30,848 bases of DNA. It comes from Ignisphaera sp. Its GTDB lineage: Archaea; Thermoproteota; Thermoprotei_A; Sulfolobales; Ignisphaeraceae. The position numbers and the translations under genes are program-made. The notes beneath the pieces were generated by a model. The model was not told the origin of the DNA and did no database searches. It saw nothing but the letters and a program-made list of their open reading frames with translations. The stretch spans positions 1 through 30,848 of the forward strand of contig JAWBDT010000015.1 in assembly GCA_038821645.1 (NCBI GenBank). The letters are read 5' to 3'. Of the stretch, positions 19,417-29,808 are shown one piece after another. The stretch's first letter is position 1; every line of letters begins with the position of its first letter.

Positions 19417-19824
19417 ACGAGTGAATGTATAACTAAGCTTATACAGATAGTTCAAGACGCTAAAGCACCATTTACGATAGAGGTTGTTAGATCTATTGCG
19501 AAACTATGTGATGAAGATCCCTACAGACTTTGGCACTATATAGCTTCAGGTATAGTGTCTTCTCTTTCAGTTTCAGCTTCTTCGATATCCAAAACAGAGA
19601 ATTCGAGCATACCTAGCTCTAAGTCTGTATCTACAGCACCTTGTTGGAAATGTTCTGCATGTGGTAAAGAATTCAACGATGTTAAACATCTTGTAAACCA
19701 TATAACTTTCTTTGTTAGACAGAAAGATAAGAATCATTTAGAGTTGTACAGAAAGATTAAGGAGTCTTCAGATAAGAGCAGTAAATCGTTTACACAAATA
19801 GTTGAAGAGATGTTAAAGTGTTAA
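19417..19824 (+). CDS. C2H2-type zinc-finger protein (probable start ACG 19417; first canonical start GTG 19555)
   Basis: CSACGKEF...HLVNH motif. The frame stays open 46 codons upstream of the GTG to an ACG located 6 nt after GGTGA. Confidence 0.75.
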   Translation, partial: TSECITKLIQIVQDAKAPFTIEVVRSIAKLCDEDPYRLWHYIASGIVSSLSVSASSISKTENSSIPSSKSVSTAPCWKCSACGKEFNDVKHLVNHITFFVRQKDKNHLELYRKIKESSDKSSKSFTQIVEEMLKC

Positions 19825-21065
19825 ATACTACATCTATAGATATTGCTAAGACCTAGAGAATCAAGCTTCATCTGGATATCTCTGATATCTATAGATCTAA
19901 GATCGATAGTTATTGCTTCATCAATAACCTTATCGATATCGAATTCAGAGATACCAACTCTAGCTTCATACTCTTTAACTTTATCTAGATTAGCTCGAGG
20001 AGTAGTTGTTCTAGCTCCTAATGTACAATACTCTTCAATCTTTATGGAATACTCGTAGGTTCCTATTCTTCTAGCAATAGATGTTATTTCATCTTTATCC
20101 ATACCTATTAAAGGTCTTAGGATAGGTATTCTAATAGCTTCCTCTATAACATATATGTTGTTTAGTGTTTGTGAAGCTACTTGGCCAAGACTTTCACCAG
20201 TAACTAGCGCTAAAGCGTTTACACGTTTTGCTAATCTCTCTGCTATTCTGTTCATAGTTCTTCTAAGAATCACTACGATATACTCTTCGGGCACACTGAG
20301 AGCTATAGTGGCTATAAATGGACGTATATCGATGATATACATTTTCGGTCTATACCCATACATCCATCTATCTGCTAAAGCTTTAGCAACCATAGTCACA
20401 CTCCATACATGTTTTTCCCCACCTATATTGAATAGAACTAGATCTACTTCACAACCACGTTTAAGAGCATACCATGTAGCTACAGGAGAATCTATACCTC
20501 CTGAGAAAAGAGAGAGCACTTTACCTTCAACACCTATAGGTAAACCTCCTGGTCCATGGATTACTTTATCATACAGATAGGCACTATTTCCCCTTATCTC
20601 TACATATGCTGTGTATTCTGGGTTCTCGAGATTAACCTTAGCTCCACCAGCTTGAAGAAGCATATATCCCAGGGATTTCTCAACGTCTTTGCTTGTGAAA
20701 TTATGTTGACCTACTCTTCTAGCTCTAACAGCAAATACTTTACCCTGTATTCTATTTCTAAAGAAATTCAATGCTTTATCAATAAGCTCATTAAATGAAT
20801 TAAAAGATACTTTAAATACTGGAGAAGAACTTACAACACCCATCACGTATGCCAAAATCTTTGACGCAGCTAGAGATTCTTCTTCATCATTAAAACAACA
20901 TAACCATAATCTGCCTCGAGATACATAGACAGAAGCCATGATGTTATTTGTTGCAAGTGCATCTTCTATATTTTTAGACAATCGTTTCTCCATCCTTTTT
21001 CTACTTAATGCACCTTTTAGAGATACTTCACCAATCCTGATGAGTACAAGCCATCTCTCTTTCAT
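19821..21065 (-). CDS. thiI: tRNA 4-thiouridine(8) synthase ThiI
   Basis: GEVSLKG N-terminus, THUMP domain, GGLPIG, PP-loop SGGIDS, TGESLGQVASQTL and LRPLIGMDK; no rhodanese domain. Confidence 0.95.
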   Translation of the reverse strand: MKERWLVLIRIGEVSLKGALSRKRMEKRLSKNIEDALATNNIMASVYVSRGRLWLCCFNDEEESLAASKILAYVMGVVSSSPVFKVSFNSFNELIDKALNFFRNRIQGKVFAVRARRVGQHNFTSKDVEKSLGYMLLQAGGAKVNLENPEYTAYVEIRGNSAYLYDKVIHGPGGLPIGVEGKVLSLFSGGIDSPVATWYALKRGCEVDLVLFNIGGEKHVWSVTMVAKALADRWMYGYRPKMYIIDIRPFIATIALSVPEEYIVVILRRTMNRIAERLAKRVNALALVTGESLGQVASQTLNNIYVIEEAIRIPILRPLIGMDKDEITSIARRIGTYEYSIKIEEYCTLGARTTTPRANLDKVKEYEARVGISEFDIDKVIDEAITIDLRSIDIRDIQMKLDSLGLSNIYRCSI

Positions 21066-21190
21066 AAAGATTATTCACCAGTATAATCTGTAGATTAGAT
21101 TTTACTCAAACTGAATAAGTTTTTTATATTACGTGTATCACTATACCACTCTGTGTAAAGGATTCGGTAGCTGTTGTAGGGGTCTGTATA

Positions 21191-22594
21191 GTGACTTACC
21201 AATGTACTTATAATAGTTATAGAGAATCAATATTTCCTTCGCAAAAGATATATAGAGTAGCTGGTATGTTAACACCAATTCTTGTTCTTTCAGCCCTATT
21301 TATTGGATGGAACTATTATGATGTTATGTGGTGGATAAAGTGGTATAAAATAGTTGAAGAGCATCATCTAACAGGTCTCCTAAACCTGTATAGGCTATGT
21401 AGATTACCTGATTGCAAGGTTCCTTATCCACCAATGGCCTTTCTGATATTTGTGCCAATATATGCTATAGCATTGATGTTACCAGCAATCTTTAGACCAT
21501 TGATATTGAAGTTGTTTTTAGTACTTATACCTGGATTAGTGATCTATAAGATCATGACTAAGTTGAGGGGCAAGGATATCGGTTTAGTATGGTTTACATC
21601 TATACCTTTTCTACAGATTCTATTTGCTTTACAGTTTGATGTTATAGTTGCATGCATGATTTTTGTATCAGTTTACATGTTTCTAAAGGATAGAATAGAT
21701 ATATCTGCAGTAGCATTAGGGTTAGCCACATTAGTTAAACATATTGCTGTTATATTGCTACCATTCTACCTCTTGGTTCTAAAGCTTAGAGGAGGTACCA
21801 AGAATGTATATAGGTTTCTCTTCATTTACCTAGCCCTTACAGGAGGCATAATCTTACCATTCTTTATCTCAACTCCTCGAGAATTTATAGACCATATTCT
21901 TCTATTCCATTCATCAAGAGCACCACAAGATCTAACGTTTTGGGCAATACCATCAATAATATTAGGGAATAGTGTATCTTCTGTACAACACTATATAGAT
22001 AATCTATGGCTTTTCTTCTTCTCTATATGCTATATACTCTTATTCACGCTATTCTATGCACAGATAAAGAGGCATGGTATAGAGATCTCCTTTAAGCTTC
22101 TACCCATCTATATATCGATACTACTTCTACTCTATATAACCATGAATAAAATAGGTAATCTAAACTACATGGTGTGGTTTGTACCTACAGCACTACTAGC
22201 TCTCAAAAGGAAACACATAACTACTCTATACAGGTTGACAGCAATGATAGGACTCGTAGGTGCATTAACTTATGCTTTTATGCTTTACATACCACCAGCA
22301 TCAGTAAATGCACCTATGTTTATAGTTGAAGACCTAGCTTACTGGAACGCCCGTGCACTAATAGCTCAATCAATAAACTACTATATATTTTATATAGCTT
22401 CAGTTCTTCAAAGCATTCTAGCTTATATGGCTAGCTTTATTTATACACCAACAGATTTAGTTTCAGAAGTACCTATCTTTAGGGTATTATACATACATAG
22501 ATCAGCTATAGTGGTAGCATCATTAATGTCAACACAAATACTTTTAACCATATTATTAGTTACGCTTATAGATTGGATAAAAGAATACTTATAG
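21191..22594 (+). CDS. Polytopic membrane protein, probable GT-C glycosyltransferase (GT87/DUF2029/PIG-M-like)
   Basis: About 10-12 hydrophobic segments with PYPP, QFD and G.A.L.K motifs characteristic of lipid-phosphate-sugar-dependent transferases. Confidence 0.7.
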   Translation: MTYQCTYNSYRESIFPSQKIYRVAGMLTPILVLSALFIGWNYYDVMWWIKWYKIVEEHHLTGLLNLYRLCRLPDCKVPYPPMAFLIFVPIYAIALMLPAIFRPLILKLFLVLIPGLVIYKIMTKLRGKDIGLVWFTSIPFLQILFALQFDVIVACMIFVSVYMFLKDRIDISAVALGLATLVKHIAVILLPFYLLVLKLRGGTKNVYRFLFIYLALTGGIILPFFISTPREFIDHILLFHSSRAPQDLTFWAIPSIILGNSVSSVQHYIDNLWLFFFSICYILLFTLFYAQIKRHGIEISFKLLPIYISILLLLYITMNKIGNLNYMVWFVPTALLALKRKHITTLYRLTAMIGLVGALTYAFMLYIPPASVNAPMFIVEDLAYWNARALIAQSINYYIFYIASVLQSILAYMASFIYTPTDLVSEVPIFRVLYIHRSAIVVASLMSTQILLTILLVTLIDWIKEYL

Positions 22595-22710
22595 GTTCTA
22601 CCCATATAGGATGTCAAAGATCAATACTCACTAAGGATATATATATCCTCAAAAGATTTAATAACCTTCTAGGACAATATTATTTCAGTAGAGAATAAAA
22701 GGGAAAACAG

Positions 22711-23046
22711 ATGTACTTCTGTCCAAAATGTGGATCAGCAATGATTGTTAGAAAAAACTCTTTCTTTTGTCCTAAGTGTAGATATACTGCAGAACTAAAT
22801 TCTACAGAGATTCAATACCTAAAAAAATCTACATTACTAAGTAAAGTTCATGAGAAGAAGGTAGATGTCGATAACATAGGTATACCTCTTTCTGCTATAC
22901 ATGACGATAAGATTATATGTCCTCGCTGTCATAACAGAGGAGTATACTATTGGAGAAGACATAGAGCATCAGCAGAAAGTTCGGACACAATAGAGAAGGT
23001 ATACAAGTGCAGTCGATGCAACTATAGCTGGACCGAATTCGAATGA
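22711..23046 (+). CDS. Transcription factor S / RpoM family paralogue (two zinc ribbons)
   Basis: MYFCPKCGSAM...CPKC and CPRC...YYW...YKCSRCNYSWTE architecture; the canonical QTRxADE motif is absent. Confidence 0.85.
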   Translation: MYFCPKCGSAMIVRKNSFFCPKCRYTAELNSTEIQYLKKSTLLSKVHEKKVDVDNIGIPLSAIHDDKIICPRCHNRGVYYWRRHRASAESSDTIEKVYKCSRCNYSWTEFE

Positions 23047-23535
23047 GATGACTATTAGAATCAACATACGTCTCTTATTATAGTGTAGCATGATTCCTAT
23101 ATACTGCTGTTAATTCAGATTGATATGAGCTGAAGACCACTAAATACTGAGGATATTCATCTTTATGGTTGTTGAATTAAAACCATTTACTACTCAATCC
23201 ATCTATATTTGGCAATTGTGTTGGTGTTGACTAACTAATATAGTGTAAACGTTATGTTAAGACATATCTATTGAGCCTAAAGCTTATACGTTTTCGATAT
23301 AGTGTATTTGTATTTTAAGTGAAGTAGAAGTTCTACAGATTCTTCTAGAAGTGTAGATCATTATTTGTGTAGATAGTTTTGGAAATAAATGAATAAGTTG
23401 TCGATAGAGATTAGAAGTAAGTTCAGTCAGCTTTATGCACAATCTGTTAAATTATTTAGAGATAGTGATGGTAGGTATACACTAAAGTATTGGTATGTAT
23501 ATAGAGTATGTAGCAAGATTAAGAGGTAAATAGAG

Positions 23536-26184
23536 GTGGTATTCGCGATGACTAGATCTATCCTATACAAATTTACACTTATTGTTCTTATAGCTATATG
23601 TACAGTTACGGTTCTGAATCCATTTGAAGCGCTATCTCTAGATAGTATACCGCCTGGAGACGATTCTAGAGCACATATATACAGGGTTTCTGGATTCTTA
23701 GAAGAGTATATAATAAACAAAGGAATGAGTCTCAAGCAATATAATGGCATGATACTACTGAGTTATGCACCTCTCTTCTATGTAGTACTGTATCCTTTAT
23801 CACTAGCATATGATCCTGTAGTTGCATATAAGTTTGGCAGGATATTTATCTGTATGCTGTATCTTCTATCTGTTTATTTATTGGTACGTGAGTTAGGTAT
23901 TAGCCGTAAGATAGCTATACTAATTACACCTATTGCTCTGTATTTTCCAACAATGTGGTTCATATATTACAAAGGTGCTTATCCCTATCTATTTTCATGG
24001 AGTTTGACATTAATTTCAGTCTCATTATTATTAATGTATAGAAGGATACTTCGCTATGAAGTACTGGTGCTTTCAGCAGTAGTGGGCGGATTATCTATTT
24101 TAGCACATAGCTATGGCTTAATAAATATAGCAGTCTTTCTGGTTATATGGATGCTCCACAATCTGTATACGAAGGGTTTCAGAGATACTGCGAAGAATTT
24201 CTTTGTTTATTTTCTGATTACCTCATCAGTATCGCTACCTTATCTAATTTCGGTACTTATAACGTTTAGAGATGCTTCACCTCTTAATGAGGCTTCTCCC
24301 TGTATCTGGATACCCGGTCTAGCTGTAGATCCGATTAATCTATTGATAATCGCTATAAGTATATATACTGTTGTGTATTTTTTAAGAGTAGAGAACAGGT
24401 CTATAGGTAGAGATATAATAGCCCATTGTCTTCTTACATATACTCTTATATCCCTTATATCAACTATTCTCATATACATAAAGATTCCAAGTCCACTCCT
24501 AATGAAAACCATAGCGCTAATACTTCCATGGAGATTTCTATACATCAATAATGCAACTTTTATAACATTAAGTTTAGCCTTTAATAGACGCATAATTCTA
24601 TTATCAGAGAAAAGGTCTTCATCATTTTTGTTTATAGCAATACTTGTTGCCGTAGCCTTGATAACTAGTACAATAATTACATCAACATTAGCACCCTACG
24701 AAAAACCTATAGATAAAGCATTACCAAGTTTTATTGATACTGTTAAGAATAGTAGAGTATTAGTCATAGGCACACCTCTAATCCTGTCTAATAGTCCTGT
24801 AGCTTTCTCTAACTCATATAACTATACAACATCTACAGGTTCCTATAATCAAGGTGATCCAACATTTTTTGATTTAACTGTATATTATGAGTGGATTAAT
24901 ACCTTAGTAAAAAATCCAATAGTGCTTGAAAATATTATGGAGCTAACAAGATCAAGATATTTAATCACAGATCTAGACATAGGTATTAAATTTACATCTA
25001 CAGATGTATCGATAAACACAAGTGAATGTTATTTTAATTCAACAATGATGTGGAGTAAAAGTCTATACAAAATACTATGTCTCTTCAGAAAACCTCTAAC
25101 CTTAAGCAAATTCAGTAGCTTTATGGTTAAACTCAAAGATGTTGAAAATGCTACAGTTAGAATGTGGATAGTTCAAGAAAATGGACTAGAAGAAGAAATG
25201 ATCCTTATACATAATGCTATTAACCGCAATAATAGTAATAGCTACATAAGTGTATTCCAACTACCTTACCGAAGATCTGCTGAAGATGTTGTTGTAAAAG
25301 GTATCAATATGTACATCTCTGTAGATAGTAATACATCAATTGATCTTAGAACAGGTATAGAGATACATATGGGAACTCTGAATATGATTAAAATCAGTAG
25401 CTATAGTTATCGGGGATACATTTTCACTCTCTATGAATATTATAGAGATCCTCCTCTATCAATAGCCTCAAAAGTTATATTATTTGATACCGAAAACCGT
25501 CTACCTACAATTCTCACGCTACTAGCTTCAGAAGGATACAACTCTATATTTATCGTAGATAACCAAAAGATTCCAGAAAATATTGTTGCAGGTGTAGTAA
25601 CTGATAGTATAGAGAAAGCTAATCAATACATTACGAAAGGTTATAGAACAGTTCTACTCAAATATGGAGATAAATTCGATGTGAAGAATCAGACTGAGAA
25701 ATTCGTTTATATAGAAACACCTCTGATTAACTCACATATATTGCCACATGATCCAGGTAATCCAGCAACATACGTAAATTGGGATAGAACAATTAGTACT
25801 GAGGATATTCAGAGATACGTTATGGAAGCTACTAAGCTTTGGCACTTCCTAAAGAACTTCATGAACATAAGTGTAGAGGTGTCTAGAGCGGCAATTAGGT
25901 ATAGTCCACCAGAAATAGATGTTGAAATTAGAAACAATCAAGCTCATCTTATTAAAATTGCATATACAAGTACATGGAGTGCTAATGCAGAACTTCTAAG
26001 ATCGTCTACAGGATTTATAATTGTCTTACCCTCTAACAATACTTTAATCAAAATACAATGGAATCCACCATTAATAGACATAGCTGTACAATACAGTATA
26101 ACCACTTTAACTGCATCTCTACTCTACGTAGCAGCCTCTAAGATAAAGGAGCTCATTAAAAGAGTACCTAAACAAAAGATCTAA
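23536..26184 (+). CDS. Large membrane protein, probable GT-C fold glycosyltransferase (YfhO/PTPS-related-like); start may be ATG 23548
   Basis: A PPGDD..AH loop after TM1, YAPLF, about 12 TM segments, PWRF, a large soluble domain and a final C-terminal TM helix. Confidence 0.7.
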   Translation: MVFAMTRSILYKFTLIVLIAICTVTVLNPFEALSLDSIPPGDDSRAHIYRVSGFLEEYIINKGMSLKQYNGMILLSYAPLFYVVLYPLSLAYDPVVAYKFGRIFICMLYLLSVYLLVRELGISRKIAILITPIALYFPTMWFIYYKGAYPYLFSWSLTLISVSLLLMYRRILRYEVLVLSAVVGGLSILAHSYGLINIAVFLVIWMLHNLYTKGFRDTAKNFFVYFLITSSVSLPYLISVLITFRDASPLNEASPCIWIPGLAVDPINLLIIAISIYTVVYFLRVENRSIGRDIIAHCLLTYTLISLISTILIYIKIPSPLLMKTIALILPWRFLYINNATFITLSLAFNRRIILLSEKRSSSFLFIAILVAVALITSTIITSTLAPYEKPIDKALPSFIDTVKNSRVLVIGTPLILSNSPVAFSNSYNYTTSTGSYNQGDPTFFDLTVYYEWINTLVKNPIVLENIMELTRSRYLITDLDIGIKFTSTDVSINTSECYFNSTMMWSKSLYKILCLFRKPLTLSKFSSFMVKLKDVENATVRMWIVQENGLEEEMILIHNAINRNNSNSYISVFQLPYRRSAEDVVVKGINMYISVDSNTSIDLRTGIEIHMGTLNMIKISSYSYRGYIFTLYEYYRDPPLSIASKVILFDTENRLPTILTLLASEGYNSIFIVDNQKIPENIVAGVVTDSIEKANQYITKGYRTVLLKYGDKFDVKNQTEKFVYIETPLINSHILPHDPGNPATYVNWDRTISTEDIQRYVMEATKLWHFLKNFMNISVEVSRAAIRYSPPEIDVEIRNNQAHLIKIAYTSTWSANAELLRSSTGFIIVLPSNNTLIKIQWNPPLIDIAVQYSITTLTASLLYVAASKIKELIKRVPKQKI

Positions 26185-26855
26185 TCCTCCATCAACTTTT
26201 CTAAATAAAATCATTTAATAATCATACATTGCGTTAATACTATATCTGTCAACAATATCATAGACACGGCCATACATAACTCTATTTTACAGCTTTCTCT
26301 AATAGATGTTCAAGGATCCTCAAGTCTTGTGAACACTAAAACATATAGAGTTCTACTCGTTAATGTTGCTAATCATAAATATATCTTCTGTTCCTAAATA
26401 TTAAATGATATCGATTACAAATATTAAACTCTATCTTGTGAATAACCTTTAAATAATGTTTAAGACCACTTAGAGAGTACTGAATTATGTAGTGAGCGGC
26501 TGGAGTCAAGCTCTTGTCAATTAGCTTAAGAATGTAGCTGACGTAGAATTTCGAATAAGATACTGTACCAAATGTTACACATACTGTTTATATCTAGTTT
26601 AATACTGTTCTAGATATTGAGTATCTAGCAAAAACATATTACTTGATATAAATGTCAAGCATTATTTTTCATGGACACTCTACGTTAAGATTTTAGACAT
26701 ATCTGTAGATATCTGTGTATTATAATAGAAATACTCTAGTATGGAATTTTGTATAGTGAGGCATTATTGAGAGTTATAGTAACTGAATATATCTATAAAG
26801 CCTTATTAATGGATATTAGATTCAGCTGAAATTATTGTATGAGTATTGATATTGT

Positions 26856-28523
26856 GTGAACCATATGCTAGAACACCAAGTGGTGATTTATGTACTAGTG
26901 CTTGGAGCTTCTTTTGCTTGGTTATTCCGTAGAATAGGTCTTGTAGATGTTGTTGGGTATATCATTGGTGGAATGTTTCTTGCCTTAATTATGGAGGTTT
27001 TAGGGCTAGATATAGAGCCGGCTCTATCGTATACAGAACTTATTTCTTGGATTGGTTTAGTGCTTTTCTCGTTTAAGGTAGGTGCCTCCATTAACTTTAG
27101 GTTACTGTCGCATTCTTTTAATCGATTTATAGCATCAGAACTTGTTGTTGTTCTTATTCAGTGGATTGCTAGTGGATTTATTGCATCAATGTTAGGTTTT
27201 GATCTTATAGCTAGAGCTGCTTTGTTTTTTGTATTAGTGAATAGCTCTTCTATAGCTGTTCTAGCCATAGAAAGAGTAAATGTAGAGGTAGTAACAGAAG
27301 CCAAAAATATATCGTATATACAGACCCAGTTAGAGGATTTAATACAGTTCACATTGTTTTCAGTATTTACATCTGTCGGATTGACTGGTTTAAAACCAGA
27401 AGCATTTCTAATCCAGATCGTTAAAGTCGGAGCCTTAACCATGTTACTGATATATGTATCTCGATACTTTATAAAATTCTTAAGTAGATCACCTTTAATA
27501 ATAAACAAAGAGGGGAAGTTTTTTACATCCATAGCTATAGCACTTATCTTCACCTCTGTAGCTACACTTCTGGAATTACCTCCACTCTTTGGAGCATTTG
27601 TATCTGGCATAGTTTTCTCATTATTTTTAGACCTTAGCGATATAGTTGAAAGATTGGAAGGCCTAAAGGACTTTGGATTGCTTCTCTATTTTTCATCACT
27701 AGGTTTTCAATTCTACCTAGGACTTAATCAATCACAAAACCTTTTATCATTGATATCAAGCGGTATATTCATAGGATTACTGGCATACTTATCTAGAGCA
27801 ATAGGTGTATTTGTAGGTTCTTTACTCTCTGGCTATAGTCTAGAAACATGTTTTGCATTATCTCTATTCCTAACCCCTTTAAGTGAAGTTGGGATAATGT
27901 TTATAGATACGCTTGCTAAACAAGGCTTTATCTTACATTATACACTATACCTGCTTATGACTTCATTTCTAACATCTCTAATGACATTCAGTATTACAGT
28001 ACCACATCTATTGATCAGAATTCCTCAATTAATAAATCTTGTACCAAACAAGATAAGTCACTTTATAAACGTTGTATCTAGGGAGTATACAAAATTATTA
28101 TCATCACTATCATCAACGTTAATCAATGTTATAGTATTTACTTTTATGACCCTCATAATATCGTACATAGACGCTATAATTAAGTACTTTATAGATATAA
28201 TACATTTACCAAAATTCTTATCAGCTATATCTACTATAATATCAGTTATAGCCATACTGATAATGTTTATAGCAACAATGAAGAGAATACTGTCATCTAT
28301 CTTCACAAGGTTTAGTACAGATATAAAAAGAATTGAATCATTAGGTAAGCTATTCGATATAGCTATAGGTGGTTTAGCTGTTACACTTCAAATCCAAATA
28401 CTACATGACTTTGTATCAAGGTACATGGTAATAGAACCCTTAAATATTTTAACCATAAGCTTAGTCATAGCGATAATAATCATCACATTATACGATCTAG
28501 CTATGACCATAAAAAAACACTAA
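26856..28523 (+). CDS. Cation:proton antiporter, CPA2 (KefB/NapA-like) family with extra C-terminal TM helices
   Basis: VGYIIGG, IGLVLFSFKVG, SSS, QLED, LFGAFVSG, YFSSLG and LSEVG motifs. Confidence 0.85.
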   Translation: MNHMLEHQVVIYVLVLGASFAWLFRRIGLVDVVGYIIGGMFLALIMEVLGLDIEPALSYTELISWIGLVLFSFKVGASINFRLLSHSFNRFIASELVVVLIQWIASGFIASMLGFDLIARAALFFVLVNSSSIAVLAIERVNVEVVTEAKNISYIQTQLEDLIQFTLFSVFTSVGLTGLKPEAFLIQIVKVGALTMLLIYVSRYFIKFLSRSPLIINKEGKFFTSIAIALIFTSVATLLELPPLFGAFVSGIVFSLFLDLSDIVERLEGLKDFGLLLYFSSLGFQFYLGLNQSQNLLSLISSGIFIGLLAYLSRAIGVFVGSLLSGYSLETCFALSLFLTPLSEVGIMFIDTLAKQGFILHYTLYLLMTSFLTSLMTFSITVPHLLIRIPQLINLVPNKISHFINVVSREYTKLLSSLSSTLINVIVFTFMTLIISYIDAIIKYFIDIIHLPKFLSAISTIISVIAILIMFIATMKRILSSIFTRFSTDIKRIESLGKLFDIAIGGLAVTLQIQILHDFVSRYMVIEPLNILTISLVIAIIIITLYDLAMTIKKH

Positions 28524-28669
28524 ATTATACATAATCCTAGGTTAAGCATTGATATAGAAAACTGATTAATATCTTGATACACAAATTTCTATACCAATTA
28601 GAGTTTATAATCTTTCTCTAATTAATGGCTCGAAACCATGCAAGCTGGTACACAACAAGAAGAGCAATT

Positions 28670-28980
28670 TCTTTACATGATTAGATTTAAAGGTATGAGG
28701 TATTAATTCGCTTAAACATCATATCTTTATCTTATTCGTATTAATTACGTAAGGGATAACAATTATTTCATTATTTACAAATTCAGTTAACATCTGCCTA
28801 CATGCACCACAAAGTGGCAGAGGTTCTTCGATATTACTTACAACAACTATTGCTGTAAACTCTTTTCACCATTCGTAATAGCTGATGCTATAACAACTCT
28901 TTCTGCACATATGGTTAATCCATAGCTAGTGTTCTCTACATTAACCCCTAGGTAAATATTACCGCTAGACGTAAGTACAG
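28670..28980 (-). pseudogene. cdd: Cytidine deaminase pseudogene (5'-truncated)
   Basis: Minus strand reads VLTSSGNIYLGVNVENTSYGLTICAERVVIASAITNGEK/(frameshift)EFTAIVVV...PLCGACRQMLTEF...KI*CLSELIPHTF, retaining the CAE and CGACRQ zinc motifs. Confidence 0.9.
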
Positions 28981-28988
28981 TTGGTGTA

Positions 28989-29808
28989 TTGGTATTTTAC
29001 AAACAATTTGAATAAACTATAACATCTATTGATGGCGAAGGTAGAGTTTATCACTTAAGGGTTAAGCCTGGGGATGTAGGTAAATACGTTTTGTTGTCTG
29101 GAGATCCAGAGAGGGTACCCATTATAGCTAAGTACTAGAATAAGTGTTAGGCATGTTTCATCGTATAGAGAGTTTACTACCTATAGTGGTTACTATAAAG
29201 GAGTATTCTTGTCTGCAACTAGTACAGGTATTGGTGTACCATCGACTGCGATAGCTGTAGATGAACTTGCTAAAGTTGGAGCAAGAGGTATTCATAGAGT
29301 TGGTACTTAAGTACTTTAAAACGTGAAATTAGGGTAGGAGACTTGATAATATATACAAGTGCTGTTAGGTTAGAAGGTACAAGTAAACATTACGTTATAC
29401 TAAAGTACCCAGCTGTTGCTAGTTATGATGTGGTATTAGCGTTAATAGATACTGCAGAAAATTCTTAGAGTTAGATACCATGTAGGGTTGATAGCTAGTA
29501 GTTGGCTTCTATGTAGATCAAGAAAGACTGTGATTTAAAGGGCATCTACCACCTCACAAAAAAGGATTGATAGATTATTTAGGAAATACAAATGTACTAA
29601 ATTTTGAAATAGAATCATCGGTAATATTTACCTTGACCAACATCTACGGATTAAAACTGGAGTCATCTGCACAGTAATTGCTAATAGAATAACAAACGAA
29701 TTTATGTCAGAAGCAGGAATAGAGGATGCAATCAAAGTATCAAACAAAGCCATAAAAATATATAGTGAATGGAGTGAAGAAATAGCTAAACTCGGTAAAA
29801 ATACATAA
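28989..29808 (+). pseudogene. udp: Uridine phosphorylase pseudogene
   Basis: Fragments RVYHLRVKPGDV...GDPERV, REFTTYSG...STGIG...RVGT, AVRLEGTSKHY, FY.DQER, NFEIES and VIANR, interrupted by several stops and frameshifts. Confidence 0.92.
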
